Positions 8,711 through 18,547 of a stretch of DNA of 64,000 bases are shown here, piece after piece. The notes under the pieces were generated by a model. It worked only from the letters and a program-made list of their open reading frames with translations, ran no database searches and was not told the DNA's origin. Source of the stretch: an uncultured archaeon (GTDB lineage: Archaea; Asgardarchaeota; Heimdallarchaeia; Heimdallarchaeales; Kariarchaeaceae); NCBI GenBank assembly GCA_964645535.1, contig CAZYCQ010000009.1, positions 17,799 to 81,798 on the forward strand, given 5' to 3'. The position numbers and the translations under genes are program-made. How positions within the stretch are numbered: position 1 is the stretch's first letter; each line of letters opens with the position of its first letter.

Positions 8711-9340
8711 GTGAAAAAAGTAATTATTGCTACATTGCTTCTTCTTATGTTCATGTCATCTCTCCCTACGCATGCCTACAGCGAAAAAAATGGTATTGAG
8801 AGAGGTGACGATGTCCGGCTTGCCTATAGGGGTGTCTTGGAAAATGGAACCGTGTTTGATCCCGGAAGTGATGACACCGTTTTCCGGAATCTCGATTACG
8901 GTAATTATATTGATGGCTTTGTGGATGAGCTTCTCGGCATGAAAATCGGTGAAAAAAAGACATTTGAGGTTCCACCTGAAAAAGGGTATACTTCTCCCAA
9001 TCATTATCTTCATGGATTGACATTGATTTTCACTGTCGAGATTCTCGGAATCGAAGGTTATGATCCGGCTTCAGACACCTCTGGCTCTGTTTCTCCCAAC
9101 TTCCTCACCACTGTAGTTCGTGTGATCGGTTGGGCGTTTGGAATAGTCTTTGTTCCCATTATTCTTTTTGGTGTGTATAGATTCATTAACGAAAGTTTAG
9201 TTAACCGTTCAAGTCACATTTGCAGCATTGGAGGAGAAAAAGCTGACGGGGTTTGTGCCAACTGTGGCACTCCTTATTGCCGATCTCACTTCATAAAAGG
9301 ATGCTCACAATGTCATGGAGTAACTCTTCAACCCAAGTGA
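8711..9340 (+). CDS. Signal peptide + FKBP-type PPIase + TM helix + C-terminal Cys/His zinc finger
   Basis: GDDVRLAYRGVLENGTVFD, IDGFVDELLGMKIGEKKTFEVPPEKGY, LIFTVEIL; C-terminal CANC-x4-CRSH-x4-CSQC. Confidence 0.9.
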   Translation: MKKVIIATLLLLMFMSSLPTHAYSEKNGIERGDDVRLAYRGVLENGTVFDPGSDDTVFRNLDYGNYIDGFVDELLGMKIGEKKTFEVPPEKGYTSPNHYLHGLTLIFTVEILGIEGYDPASDTSGSVSPNFLTTVVRVIGWAFGIVFVPIILFGVYRFINESLVNRSSHICSIGGEKADGVCANCGTPYCRSHFIKGCSQCHGVTLQPK

Positions 9341-9346
9341 AGTCAA

Positions 9347-10264
9347 TTGCAAAGGGAACGAAAACTCAGTAGGCGGTACAAAACCGACCTCCATGTCGTG
9401 CGATCGCTTGTCCAATCCATTGGATATGAAAGTGCAGAAGAAATCCTGCAAATGCATCCAAATGACCTAAGGCCAACTGCTAGAGTCAACCTTCACAAAA
9501 CGAGCCGAAAAGACGCAATTGAATTCCTCCTGCAGGAAGGTATTCGGGCAATTCCTATAAAGGAAGTTCCCGAAGGTATTGAAATCATTCAGGGAAAACC
9601 AAAATTGGGTCATTCTCTTTCCTATCTTCAAGGGCTTGTGACTCCCCAAGGTCTTGGGTCAATGTTGGCTGTCCATATCTTGGATCCAAAACCTGGCGAA
9701 AATATCCTTGATTTAGCTGCTGCACCGGGGGGAAAAACTACATTCATTGCTGAACGGATGCGCAACCAAGGTGTTGTGGTTGCAAATGACATTAACCGTG
9801 CTCGATTGAAGGCAGTCCAAGCTAATGTCAATCGCCATGGACTGTCCAACGTCATTATCACAAATCATGATGGAACTTCTATTGATCTAGGCATGCAATT
9901 TGATAGGATACTCTTGGATGCCCCATGTACTGGCGAAGGATTATTGGTATCCCAACCCAAAAGACGCCGTTCCAAAGATATCTCGGATCCATACATTCTT
10001 CAAAGGCTTCAACGGCAGTTGCTGGCAAAAGCCCTATCCCATCTTAAAATAGGTGGACAGTTGGTGTATTCGACCTGTTCACTCAACTTAGTTGAAAATG
10101 AGGAGGTTATTGATCCATATCTTGACAAATTGCAAGTTGAAGAAATTCATCAGTCCATCCCTGCTCCCTTGAGTTCAGAAAAAATCCCAAATGCAATTCG
10201 CCTTCTTCCTTCAACTCATGGGTGCGATGGCTTTTTCATTGCATTGATGAGGAAGGTGGAATAA
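9347..10264 (+). CDS. RsmB/Nop2/NSUN family rRNA m5C methyltransferase
   Basis: ILDLAAAPGGKT, FDRILLDAPCTGEG, LVYSTCS, ENEEV, DGFFIA. Confidence 0.95.
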   Translation: MQRERKLSRRYKTDLHVVRSLVQSIGYESAEEILQMHPNDLRPTARVNLHKTSRKDAIEFLLQEGIRAIPIKEVPEGIEIIQGKPKLGHSLSYLQGLVTPQGLGSMLAVHILDPKPGENILDLAAAPGGKTTFIAERMRNQGVVVANDINRARLKAVQANVNRHGLSNVIITNHDGTSIDLGMQFDRILLDAPCTGEGLLVSQPKRRRSKDISDPYILQRLQRQLLAKALSHLKIGGQLVYSTCSLNLVENEEVIDPYLDKLQVEEIHQSIPAPLSSEKIPNAIRLLPSTHGCDGFFIALMRKVE

Positions 10265-10266
10265 TT

Positions 10267-10728
10267 ATGGAGATTGCTGAACTAACCGCACAACAGGTCA
10301 ATTCACTCATTCTTGAACAATTCGGCGTTTATTTGGAATTGAAAGAAGAGGGACATTATTTTTTGTTTAGAAGAGAGGATGTTGAATATATTTCCTGGAG
10401 TCTGACTTCCCTTCCAGCAATGGAAAATGCCATTTCATACGGGTTGCTGCTGTGTGCATATTCCCCAAAGAAAAAATTGGTGTATCCTTCAATTGTGGAT
10501 AGAGTTTCTGGATATCCAACTGTTGAAATCCAATCCGTAAAAAAGGCAATAAAATTTTCAAGAGGAGAAAACGTTGCCTTACCTTCCCTTCAGGAATTCG
10601 AACAAAAACAAATCATTGTTACGCATAATGGATATCCTCTTGCTTTCGGTCAAGTTTTGTTTGGTGAATTTCAACCATTGATTGATATCGGTTGGTATCT
10701 CCGAGAAGCCGAAAAAGTTAGTCTTTAG
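10267..10728 (+). CDS. Nip7-like PUA-domain ribosome biogenesis protein
   Basis: C-terminal PLAFG...DIGWYLRE; directly follows the Nop2-like gene; ATG 10267 preferred over 10222. Confidence 0.6.
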   Translation: MEIAELTAQQVNSLILEQFGVYLELKEEGHYFLFRREDVEYISWSLTSLPAMENAISYGLLLCAYSPKKKLVYPSIVDRVSGYPTVEIQSVKKAIKFSRGENVALPSLQEFEQKQIIVTHNGYPLAFGQVLFGEFQPLIDIGWYLREAEKVSL

Positions 10729-11401
10729 TTTTTTCATCTTCAAGGACCTGAGAAACCTTTTCTATCTCAGTTGCCCAAGAATCATATTCCAAGGCAAACG
10801 CAATTGCCATGATTCCAACCTTGTAAGAATAGATGAAAACTGCCATATTCCAGAAATTGAAATCTAACGGGACTATGTAGTAGTTTATGACAGCTGTTAC
10901 AAACATGAACAAGGACACCAAAAAATTGATGGTAGCAAGAAGACGTAATCTTCTTCCTCTAGAATATGCGATAGGTGTTTTTGAGAGCATGAATATAACA
11001 ATGGAAAAAAATATCGCTCCTAACGGTGCGGACCAATAAAGCCAAATGAAATCTATTTCTATTCGAACTGTATTGATAAGTAATGAAAAAACGGTTATGA
11101 ACCTCGATAACAAGGAGAAAAGGAGAAACAAGATAGTCATGACCATCGCCTCTCTCGGCTTTTCCATTTTTAGCACCAATGCAGGGATTACATATGCGTT
11201 GATCCCCCAATCGCCTAAAAAAATCAAACCCAAGATGATTCCTATTCCTAGTGGTGGTGCCTGCCTAAAACGCAGTTCGATTCCACTCACATCCGCTATT
11301 GCTGCATAAAGAATCATTAGGGAAAAAAATTGAATCCCTGTAGACCACGATAGCCATCCCAATCGTTTTGCCAATTCCTTATCAGGCAAATTTTTAATCA
11401 T
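10718..11401 (-). CDS. Hypothetical polytopic membrane protein
   Basis: About 6 hydrophobic segments; no motif recognised. Confidence 0.7.
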   Translation of the reverse strand: MIKNLPDKELAKRLGWLSWSTGIQFFSLMILYAAIADVSGIELRFRQAPPLGIGIILGLIFLGDWGINAYVIPALVLKMEKPREAMVMTILFLLFSLLSRFITVFSLLINTVRIEIDFIWLYWSAPLGAIFFSIVIFMLSKTPIAYSRGRRLRLLATINFLVSLFMFVTAVINYYIVPLDFNFWNMAVFIYSYKVGIMAIAFALEYDSWATEIEKVSQVLEDEKTKD

Positions 11402-11573
11402 ATTGTTGATACTATTGCTTTCTTTATCTCAGTTAGCGTTCTTTCACTTATCAATATCTAAACTTCACAAAATGATTCATCATCCGTATTTTTCGCCACA
11501 AATCGTGCTGAAAAAAATAACTAGGGTTCAACCATCTACGAAAAGTTAACGATCACCTTTTTTTGGGCATAAA

Positions 11574-11649
11574 ATTCTATTTTCATAGAATATTGGCTAG
11601 ACGTACATTTCAGCCATTATTCCCCAAAAAATGGATAGATGAATTCATC
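11574..11649. promoter_or_regulatory. Candidate operator palindromes in the divergent intergenic region upstream of the thiolase
   Basis: ATTCTAT-N4-ATAGAAT (11574-11591) and perfect GATGAATTCATC (11638-11649). Confidence 0.3.
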
Positions 11650-11710
11650 AAAATCAAAATTCCTTGTTCAAACAATAAATTTTGAATATTGCTAAGTGGG
11701 TTTTTGACAA

Positions 11711-12874
11711 GTGAGAGATGTTGCAATTATAGGGACAGGGATGACGAAATTTGGCTCCCTCGGACGAGTTACGTCCCGGGAGTTGATAACGTCTGCTGCC
11801 CGTGAAGCAATGGAGGATGCAGGAGTTGCATCTTCTGACATTGATGCAATTTATGTGGGGCAATTATCGGGAGATATTTTTGAACATCAGATGCATGCTG
11901 CTCCTGGTGTTCCTGATTATTTGGGGCTCCAAAATGTTCCTTCCACACGTGTTGAAGCGGCTTGTGCTTCTGGTGGTTTGTCTGTGATGCATGCCATAAT
12001 GGCAGTGGCTGGTGGATTTTATGACACCGTTCTGGCAACTGGTGCTGAGAAAATGACGAACTTGCCAACATCACATGTCACTGAAGCACTAAGCATGTGT
12101 GCCGATGATGTTTTCGAAGTTTCTTTGGGAGTAACATTCCCAGGAGCATTCGCAATGATGGCTCGTGCCCATGAAAAAGAGTTTGGAACAAATGCGGAGA
12201 TGCGGGCCGCAGTTGCCGTAAAAAACCATGATCATGCTTTGCTAAATCCCAAAGCGCAATTTCATAAAAAAATAACAATTGAAAAGGTAATCAATTCAGT
12301 CATGATTGCTGATCCATTGACTTTGTATGATTGCTCCCCTATTACGGATGGTGCTGCCGCGATCATTGTTGTTCCTTGGGAGGATCGGAAGAAATATGAG
12401 GGACAGGCCGTCCGTGTGAGGGCATTTGCGCAAGCAAGTGATACCATGTCGCTCCATGACAGAAAAGATCTGACCGGCTTTACTACCACAAAAGTTGCTG
12501 CAAGAAAAGCGTTCAAGATGGCAGGTCTGGAACCAAAAGACATCGATATCCTTGAGGTTCATGATTGTTTCACCATCGCAGAGATCATGGCGTTGGAAGA
12601 TATGGGTTTCTATAAGAAGGGAGAAGGAGGGCGAGCCGCCCTTGATGGCGAGACTACAAGGGATGGTCCTCTTCCAGTGAATGTGTCTGGTGGATTAAAG
12701 GCAAAGGGTCACCCAATCGGTGCAACCGGTGTGGCTCAAATTGTTGAAATCACAAATCAACTTCGAGGAACTGCCGGAAGACGACAAGTTGCAGATGTTG
12801 AGATTGGGATGACACAAAATCTAGGGGGTTCTGGATCAACCATTGTCACCCATATTTTGGAAAGAGGTGATTAA
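11711..12874 (+). CDS. Archaeal acetyl-CoA acetyltransferase (thiolase)
   Basis: VEAACASGG, CSPITDGAAA, EVHDCFT, NVSGGLKAKGHPIGATG. Confidence 0.96.
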   Translation: MRDVAIIGTGMTKFGSLGRVTSRELITSAAREAMEDAGVASSDIDAIYVGQLSGDIFEHQMHAAPGVPDYLGLQNVPSTRVEAACASGGLSVMHAIMAVAGGFYDTVLATGAEKMTNLPTSHVTEALSMCADDVFEVSLGVTFPGAFAMMARAHEKEFGTNAEMRAAVAVKNHDHALLNPKAQFHKKITIEKVINSVMIADPLTLYDCSPITDGAAAIIVVPWEDRKKYEGQAVRVRAFAQASDTMSLHDRKDLTGFTTTKVAARKAFKMAGLEPKDIDILEVHDCFTIAEIMALEDMGFYKKGEGGRAALDGETTRDGPLPVNVSGGLKAKGHPIGATGVAQIVEITNQLRGTAGRRQVADVEIGMTQNLGGSGSTIVTHILERGD

Positions 12875-13264
12875 ATGAGCGAAGATCAAGTCAATCGAGT
12901 AATTGCAAAATATGAAGCGGCCATCAATGAAGGAAAACTTGTTGGTGTTCGATGCAAGGACTGCAATAATGTAATGGTGCCCCCTCGTCCAGTTTGCAGA
13001 GCTTGCCAATCCACTAACATAGAAATCCATCCGATTGAGGGAAGGGGAAAACTATTGACATGGACTACAATTCACGTAGGTCCCCCTTCATATGAGGATA
13101 ATGTCCCGTACACTGTAGGAATTGTAGAATTCGACAATGGTGAACGATTAACCGGAATCGTTGAAATTCCCGTCACTGAATTGGACTATGGGATTGAAGT
13201 TGTAGCAGGATTTGACCCTTCAAAAGAGGGAGCTGCAAGACTACGATGGAGAAAACCAGAATAA
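12875..13264 (+). CDS. DUF35 Zn-ribbon/OB-fold thiolase partner
   Basis: CKDC...PPRPVCRAC, GKLLTWT, PYTVGIVE; abuts the thiolase gene. Confidence 0.93.
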   Translation: MSEDQVNRVIAKYEAAINEGKLVGVRCKDCNNVMVPPRPVCRACQSTNIEIHPIEGRGKLLTWTTIHVGPPSYEDNVPYTVGIVEFDNGERLTGIVEIPVTELDYGIEVVAGFDPSKEGAARLRWRKPE

Positions 13265-13336
13265 TTTTCACCATAGAGTAGTCCAAAACTTTCTTGAGAA
13301 AATTTTTTATTCTTTACTTCTCATTTTTTTTTAGGG

Positions 13337-13822
13337 ATGGCTACAACGGAAATTACTGCCGATATTGGTCAGGAAGATTTGGAATATAGAAGAAAAATGG
13401 TTAGGGAGACAAAAAATAAGGATGTGCTGGCAAAATATGCCTTAGACGATGAATTTTGGGAAATACGTAGGGAAGCAACATCTCGAATTCATGATGAGAA
13501 GGTATTGCAAAAGATTGCAACTAAAGATGACTATTGGCAGGTTAGATTTGAAGCTGTCGGCAAAATTAAGGATCAGGATTTCCTTCATAAAATCGTCAAA
13601 AATGATGAACAGGTTTGGGTTTGCAAAGAAGCTCTCTCGAATCTTATTGATCCGGAATTGCTTTGCGATATCATATTAGATAAGGCTCTAGACCTTTCTG
13701 TAAGAATAAAGGCAATAGGTCAACTTAATCAACTAGATGTTCTTTCCTCTCTGAGACCAAAAGTCGATAATGAACTCCAATCAACCATCATGAAACGGAT
13801 CAGGGAAATTCAGGGTTACTGA
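13337..13822 (+). CDS. Short alpha-helical (HEAT/LRV-like) repeat protein
   Basis: ~25-aa repeats D..W.VR.EA...I.D...L..I. Confidence 0.75.
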   Translation: MATTEITADIGQEDLEYRRKMVRETKNKDVLAKYALDDEFWEIRREATSRIHDEKVLQKIATKDDYWQVRFEAVGKIKDQDFLHKIVKNDEQVWVCKEALSNLIDPELLCDIILDKALDLSVRIKAIGQLNQLDVLSSLRPKVDNELQSTIMKRIREIQGY

Positions 13823-14297
13823 ATTCCTCCTTGAACCCGAATTTGACCTGATTGTTAATAAAACGTATCCAAAATGGTGTCAATTCCCAGAATTCTATTT
13901 TATTGATCATTGAGACCAATCGAGATGAATTCAATATGAATGGAAAACGATCGAGGTAGATCGCCTTATACTTCTCTGCCATTATTCCTTGGGGCTCCTT
14001 CACAATTCCTCTACCTTGAATCCCTTGAATGTTTTCCCACTCTTGATTGTCTTCATTGATTGTAAATGCTACTGCAATCTCTCCTTTTGCCAATGCTGTT
14101 CCGTGTCGTGTTTTTCTGTCTGATACGAAAACAAATCTATTATCCCTCGTCAGGGCATAAAATACAGCACAGGCTTGTGGTCCTTCTTGATCCGAATAGG
14201 AAAGATTCAGAACTTGATGTTGGGCAATGTATTTCCTGACATGGTTTGGCAGGTCCATAGATGTCAATTGGTAAAATGACATATTAGTCTCTAGCAA
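13800..14297 (-). CDS. Pyridoxamine 5'-phosphate oxidase-like (YhbP-type) FMN-binding protein
   Basis: PQACAVFY, FVSDRKTRH, VAFTI, IQGIQGRG, YLDRFP, FGFK. Confidence 0.85.
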   Translation of the reverse strand: MLETNMSFYQLTSMDLPNHVRKYIAQHQVLNLSYSDQEGPQACAVFYALTRDNRFVFVSDRKTRHGTALAKGEIAVAFTINEDNQEWENIQGIQGRGIVKEPQGIMAEKYKAIYLDRFPFILNSSRLVSMINKIEFWELTPFWIRFINNQVKFGFKEEFSNPEFP

Positions 14298-14364
14298 AAA
14301 GTGTAGACGTCCTCAAAGCTTATTAGGTCAATTTCAAATTCAAGAATGGAAAGAGTCTGATAGC

Positions 14365-15351
14365 ATGTCGCGGACAAAAAGTTCTACGTATACCCATAGT
14401 GAATTTGAACGAAATCCTGGGACTCCATTGCAGATGGATTGGGTCAATTCGATCCATGTGAACAAGAGTGCCGTTGAAAGAAGAGTCTCGACATTGGTGA
14501 AGAGAAGATCGGTCAAGAAGCAATGGCAAATTGCATGGCTACTGAAGGCGATTACTTTAATTGACCTGACCACATTGGCTGGTGACGATACACCTGGGCG
14601 AGTTCGTCGTCTCTGTGCAAAGGCTAGACGTCCCGTGCGTCCAGACATCCTGAGAGCTATAGGATTAGATGATTTTCCACTATCTGTTGCAGCTGTTTGT
14701 GTCTATCATAATCAAATCCGTCCTGCGGTGGAATCGCTTGAAGGAACGGGGATTCCGGTTGCCGCAGTTTCAACCGGATTTCCTGCTGCCCAAATTCCAT
14801 TTGAACTGAAGGTTGCACAAATCAAGGAAAGTGTAAAGGCTGGTGCTAAGGAAATTGATATTGTCATCAGCAGGGAACTTGTTCTAACTGGACGTTGGGA
14901 AGAGTTGTACAGTGAAGTTGCTGCATATCGGGATGCCTGTGCAGACGCCCATATGAAAGCCATCCTTTCGGTAGGTGAACTTGGTACCTTAACCAATGTA
15001 GCAAAAGCCAGTTTGGTCTGTATGATGGCCGGTGCGGACTTCATTAAAACCTCTACTGGAAAGGAAAAGGTAAATGCAACCTTGGAGAATAGCTTGGTGA
15101 TGGTTCGGATGATTAGGGACTACTATGAAAAAACAGGTCACAAGGTTGGCTTTAAACCTGCCGGAGGGATTCGGAGCGCAAAACAAGCCATTCAATGGTT
15201 GATCCTGATAAAGGAGGAATTGGGCAATGAATGGCTTTCTCCCCAGTTATTCAGATTTGGCGCAAGTGGGTTGCTCGGAGATATTGAGCGACAACTCGAA
15301 TACCATGCCACCGGCATGTATTCAGCCACATATAGAAATCCGATGGCTTAA
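14365..15351 (+). CDS. deoC: Deoxyribose-phosphate aldolase (long, DERA-like type)
   Basis: IDLTTLAGDDT, AAVCVY, STGFP, EIDIVI, ADFIKTSTGK, GFKPAGG, FRFGASGLL. Confidence 0.96.
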   Translation: MSRTKSSTYTHSEFERNPGTPLQMDWVNSIHVNKSAVERRVSTLVKRRSVKKQWQIAWLLKAITLIDLTTLAGDDTPGRVRRLCAKARRPVRPDILRAIGLDDFPLSVAAVCVYHNQIRPAVESLEGTGIPVAAVSTGFPAAQIPFELKVAQIKESVKAGAKEIDIVISRELVLTGRWEELYSEVAAYRDACADAHMKAILSVGELGTLTNVAKASLVCMMAGADFIKTSTGKEKVNATLENSLVMVRMIRDYYEKTGHKVGFKPAGGIRSAKQAIQWLILIKEELGNEWLSPQLFRFGASGLLGDIERQLEYHATGMYSATYRNPMA

Positions 15352-17738
15352 TGGTGTTGAACATGGAAATAAAGGAGATTTTTGATAAGATGAGTTATGG
15401 TCCTGCCCCTGAAAGTCCAAATGAAGCCTACTCATGGCTGGAACGATATAATCGATCCTTTGATCTTTTCATCAATGGCAAATGGGTTCCTTCAAAAGGT
15501 GGTGAGAAATTCGAGACCATTTCCCCTGGTTCTGGTGAAGTCTTAGCAACAATTACGCAGGGAACTGCCGATGATGTGGATATTGCGGTTAAGGCTGCCA
15601 AAAAAGCATTTTCCAAGTGGAGCGGTCTTTCAGGGCACGAGCGTGCAAAATTCCTCTATGCAATTGCAAGGAAGATACAGAAACATTCCAGACTGTTTGC
15701 AGTCCTTGAAACCTTGGATAATGGCAAACCAATCCGTGAAACACGGGACATTGATATCCCATTGGTGGCCCGTCATTTCTATTACCATGCAGGTTGGGCA
15801 CAGATGATGGAAACCGAGCTCAAAGACTATGAGCCGATCGGTGTTGTTGGACAAATTATCCCTTGGAACTTTCCTCTCTTGATGCTGGCATGGAAAATTG
15901 CTCCTGCTTTGGCAATGGGGAACACTGTGGTCTTGAAGCCTGCGGAATTTACTTCCCTTACAGCTCTTCTTTTCGCACAGATTTGCCAAGAAATTGGATT
16001 GCCGGCTGGCGTGGTCAATATCGTGACTGGTGATGGAAGGACTGGTGCGGCCATAGTTGAGCATCCTGAGATCAAGAAAATTGCTTTCACCGGCTCTACT
16101 GAAGTTGGAAGAATCATCCGAAAAACAACAGCCGGCACCGGAAAGAAGATATCCCTTGAATTGGGTGGTAAATCTCCATTCATTGTTTTTGAAGATGCTG
16201 ATTTAGATAGTGCCATCGAAGGTCTGATAGATGGGATCTGGTTTAACCAAGGTCAGGTCTGCTGTGCAGGATCTCGTTTGCTTGTCCAAGAAAGCATTGC
16301 TGACCAATTCATACGTAAACTGAAGGAACGTATGTCAAAACTACGTGTGGGTGATCCGCTTGACAAATCAACAGACATAGGTGCCATTGTGGCTCCTGTC
16401 CAACTCCAACGGATCCAATATTATGTGGATTTGGGAAAGTCTGAAGGTAAATTCTGGCAACCTGCAATTGAACTTCCTGAAAACAACGGTTGCTATTTCC
16501 CACCCACTCTGTTCACAGATGTTCCTACAAGTGCAGTGATCGCACAGGAAGAGATTTTTGGTCCAGTTCTTGTTTCTATGACCTTTAGAACTCCTCAAGA
16601 GGCAGTTGAATTGGCAAACAATACGGTTTATGGTCTAGCTGCTACTGTTTGGACTGAGGATGTGAACTTGGCATTGCATGTTGCACCGCAAATTAAGGCA
16701 GGTACCGTCTGGATCAACTCCACAAACCTTTTTGACGCTGCCTCTGGATTTGGTGGATACCGGGAATCTGGATATGGAAGAGAAGGGGGACTGGAAGGAT
16801 TATGGGAGTATGTTGTTCCAAAGTGGAAACGTTCCAAAAAGAGGCAAAAAACCACACAAAATATTGAACCAGTTGTTGAACCGATTACCTCATCAATAGA
16901 TCGTACTCCAAAACTCTATATCGGAGGACGACATGTCCGTCCTGATGGAGGATATAGCCTTCCAGTTTATGCCTATAATGGAGATCTTGCCGGCGAAGTT
17001 GGAAAAGGCAATCGAAAGGACATACGGAATGCAGTTGAAGCTGCCGACAGGGCCAAAGGTTGGGCTACCAAGACTGCCCACAATCGGGCTCAGGTATTGT
17101 ACTATCTTGCTGAAAACCTAGAAAGCAGAAGGAATGAATTCGTCAATCGAATAATTCAGTTAACAGGAGTTTCCAAAGAGGTTGCCAGTGCTGAATTCAA
17201 CAAATCAATTGAACGACTATTCTACTATGCCGCCTTTGCGGACAAGTACGATGGTTTGGTTCACCATACCCCCTACCGTAATGTCACAATGGCCATGCCT
17301 GAACCAATAGGGATTATTGGGATTTCCTGTCCTGAAAAATATCCATTACTTGGTTTAGTTTCCTTGGTTGCTCCCGCAATTGCCATGGGAAACACGGTTG
17401 TCTGTATCCCCTCTGAAACGTATCCCTTGATAGCCACTGATTTTTACCAAGTCTTGGATACTTCAGATGTCCCTGGCGGTGTAGTCAACATTGTTACTGG
17501 TCATGTGAAAGAGTTGATGGACGTTCTCTCGAAGCACTTGAATGTCGATGCGATCTGGCATTTTGCGAATCCCTCTCTCAATGGGATGGTTGAAGTAAAT
17601 TCGATAGGCAACCTAAAAAGAACCTTTGTTGACCATGGTTTTATTCGTGACTGGATGTCTGATCAAGAAGGTCAGGGCAGGGAATTCCTGCGCGAAGCTA
17701 CCCAAATCAAAAATATCTGGACACCCTATGGCGTTTGA
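15351..17738 (+). CDS. ALDH16-type aldehyde dehydrogenase (full ALDH plus a second Rossmann-like domain)
   Basis: IIPWNFP, AFTGST, LELGGKSP, GQVCCAGSR, EEIFGPV; second half begins RTPKLYIGG; ends KNIWTPYG. Confidence 0.92.
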   Translation: MVLNMEIKEIFDKMSYGPAPESPNEAYSWLERYNRSFDLFINGKWVPSKGGEKFETISPGSGEVLATITQGTADDVDIAVKAAKKAFSKWSGLSGHERAKFLYAIARKIQKHSRLFAVLETLDNGKPIRETRDIDIPLVARHFYYHAGWAQMMETELKDYEPIGVVGQIIPWNFPLLMLAWKIAPALAMGNTVVLKPAEFTSLTALLFAQICQEIGLPAGVVNIVTGDGRTGAAIVEHPEIKKIAFTGSTEVGRIIRKTTAGTGKKISLELGGKSPFIVFEDADLDSAIEGLIDGIWFNQGQVCCAGSRLLVQESIADQFIRKLKERMSKLRVGDPLDKSTDIGAIVAPVQLQRIQYYVDLGKSEGKFWQPAIELPENNGCYFPPTLFTDVPTSAVIAQEEIFGPVLVSMTFRTPQEAVELANNTVYGLAATVWTEDVNLALHVAPQIKAGTVWINSTNLFDAASGFGGYRESGYGREGGLEGLWEYVVPKWKRSKKRQKTTQNIEPVVEPITSSIDRTPKLYIGGRHVRPDGGYSLPVYAYNGDLAGEVGKGNRKDIRNAVEAADRAKGWATKTAHNRAQVLYYLAENLESRRNEFVNRIIQLTGVSKEVASAEFNKSIERLFYYAAFADKYDGLVHHTPYRNVTMAMPEPIGIIGISCPEKYPLLGLVSLVAPAIAMGNTVVCIPSETYPLIATDFYQVLDTSDVPGGVVNIVTGHVKELMDVLSKHLNVDAIWHFANPSLNGMVEVNSIGNLKRTFVDHGFIRDWMSDQEGQGREFLREATQIKNIWTPYGV

Positions 17739-17789
17739 ATCAGGTTAGAAACAATAACTACATATTCTTGATATTCCCTAGTTTTATAG

Positions 17790-18503
17790 ATGGGTTCATT
17801 TGAATTTTCCTTAGGGGAGATTGTCATCTATTTCTTGATGGGTGTTTTTTCCTATTCCATCTTTGGATTGGCCGCTTTTCTGGCCAAAAAGGGTGCTCCC
17901 CATTGGATTCCCCGGAAAACAGTTCACACTCTTGGAATGACAATCATTGCTATCTACTCAGTCATTGTCCAGGATACTGGTGCTATCCTCTTTATTGGAG
18001 GAGTTGTTGTGACAATTGCCTTGGGTCTAAATATGACCAGATTGAACTTTATTGAATGGATGGCTAAAGCGACGGCACGGGAAAATGAACATTGGACCGA
18101 AACCGTTGGGAATCTGGTGATTACAACACTCACATTGTTTTCCCTCTATTTCTACAATAAGTTCAATAGTCCTTTGTTTCCCTCAATATATCTAACTGCT
18201 ATTCTCTCATTGGCATGGGGGGATGGATTGGCAGAACTGGTCGGTCGAAAATTTGGAAGGATTAAATACCGAATTCTTGGGGATAAAACATTGGAGGGGT
18301 CACTTACTGTCTTTTTGGTGACTTTTATCTTAGGTTTCTTCTCCTTTTGGGCTTTCAATGAAATCACATCTCATGTCCTTTTGGCATTGCTTCTTGCCTC
18401 AATGGTAGCTAGCTTAGTGGAAGCAGTAGCAATCCGTGTTTTCGACAATCTCCTAATTCCTTTGAGTGTTCAATTGACGCTTTGGTATTTGCTGATTTCA
18501 TAA
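17790..18503 (+). CDS. Phytol/dolichol kinase family (CTP-dependent polyprenol kinase)
   Basis: RKTVH, LAWGDGLAELVGRKFG, KTLEGS, DNLLIP. Confidence 0.88.
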   Translation: MGSFEFSLGEIVIYFLMGVFSYSIFGLAAFLAKKGAPHWIPRKTVHTLGMTIIAIYSVIVQDTGAILFIGGVVVTIALGLNMTRLNFIEWMAKATARENEHWTETVGNLVITTLTLFSLYFYNKFNSPLFPSIYLTAILSLAWGDGLAELVGRKFGRIKYRILGDKTLEGSLTVFLVTFILGFFSFWAFNEITSHVLLALLLASMVASLVEAVAIRVFDNLLIPLSVQLTLWYLLIS

Positions 18504-18547
18504 CCTATTCACAGAATCTTTAAATTCTGAAGTTAGATGTGGTATAA

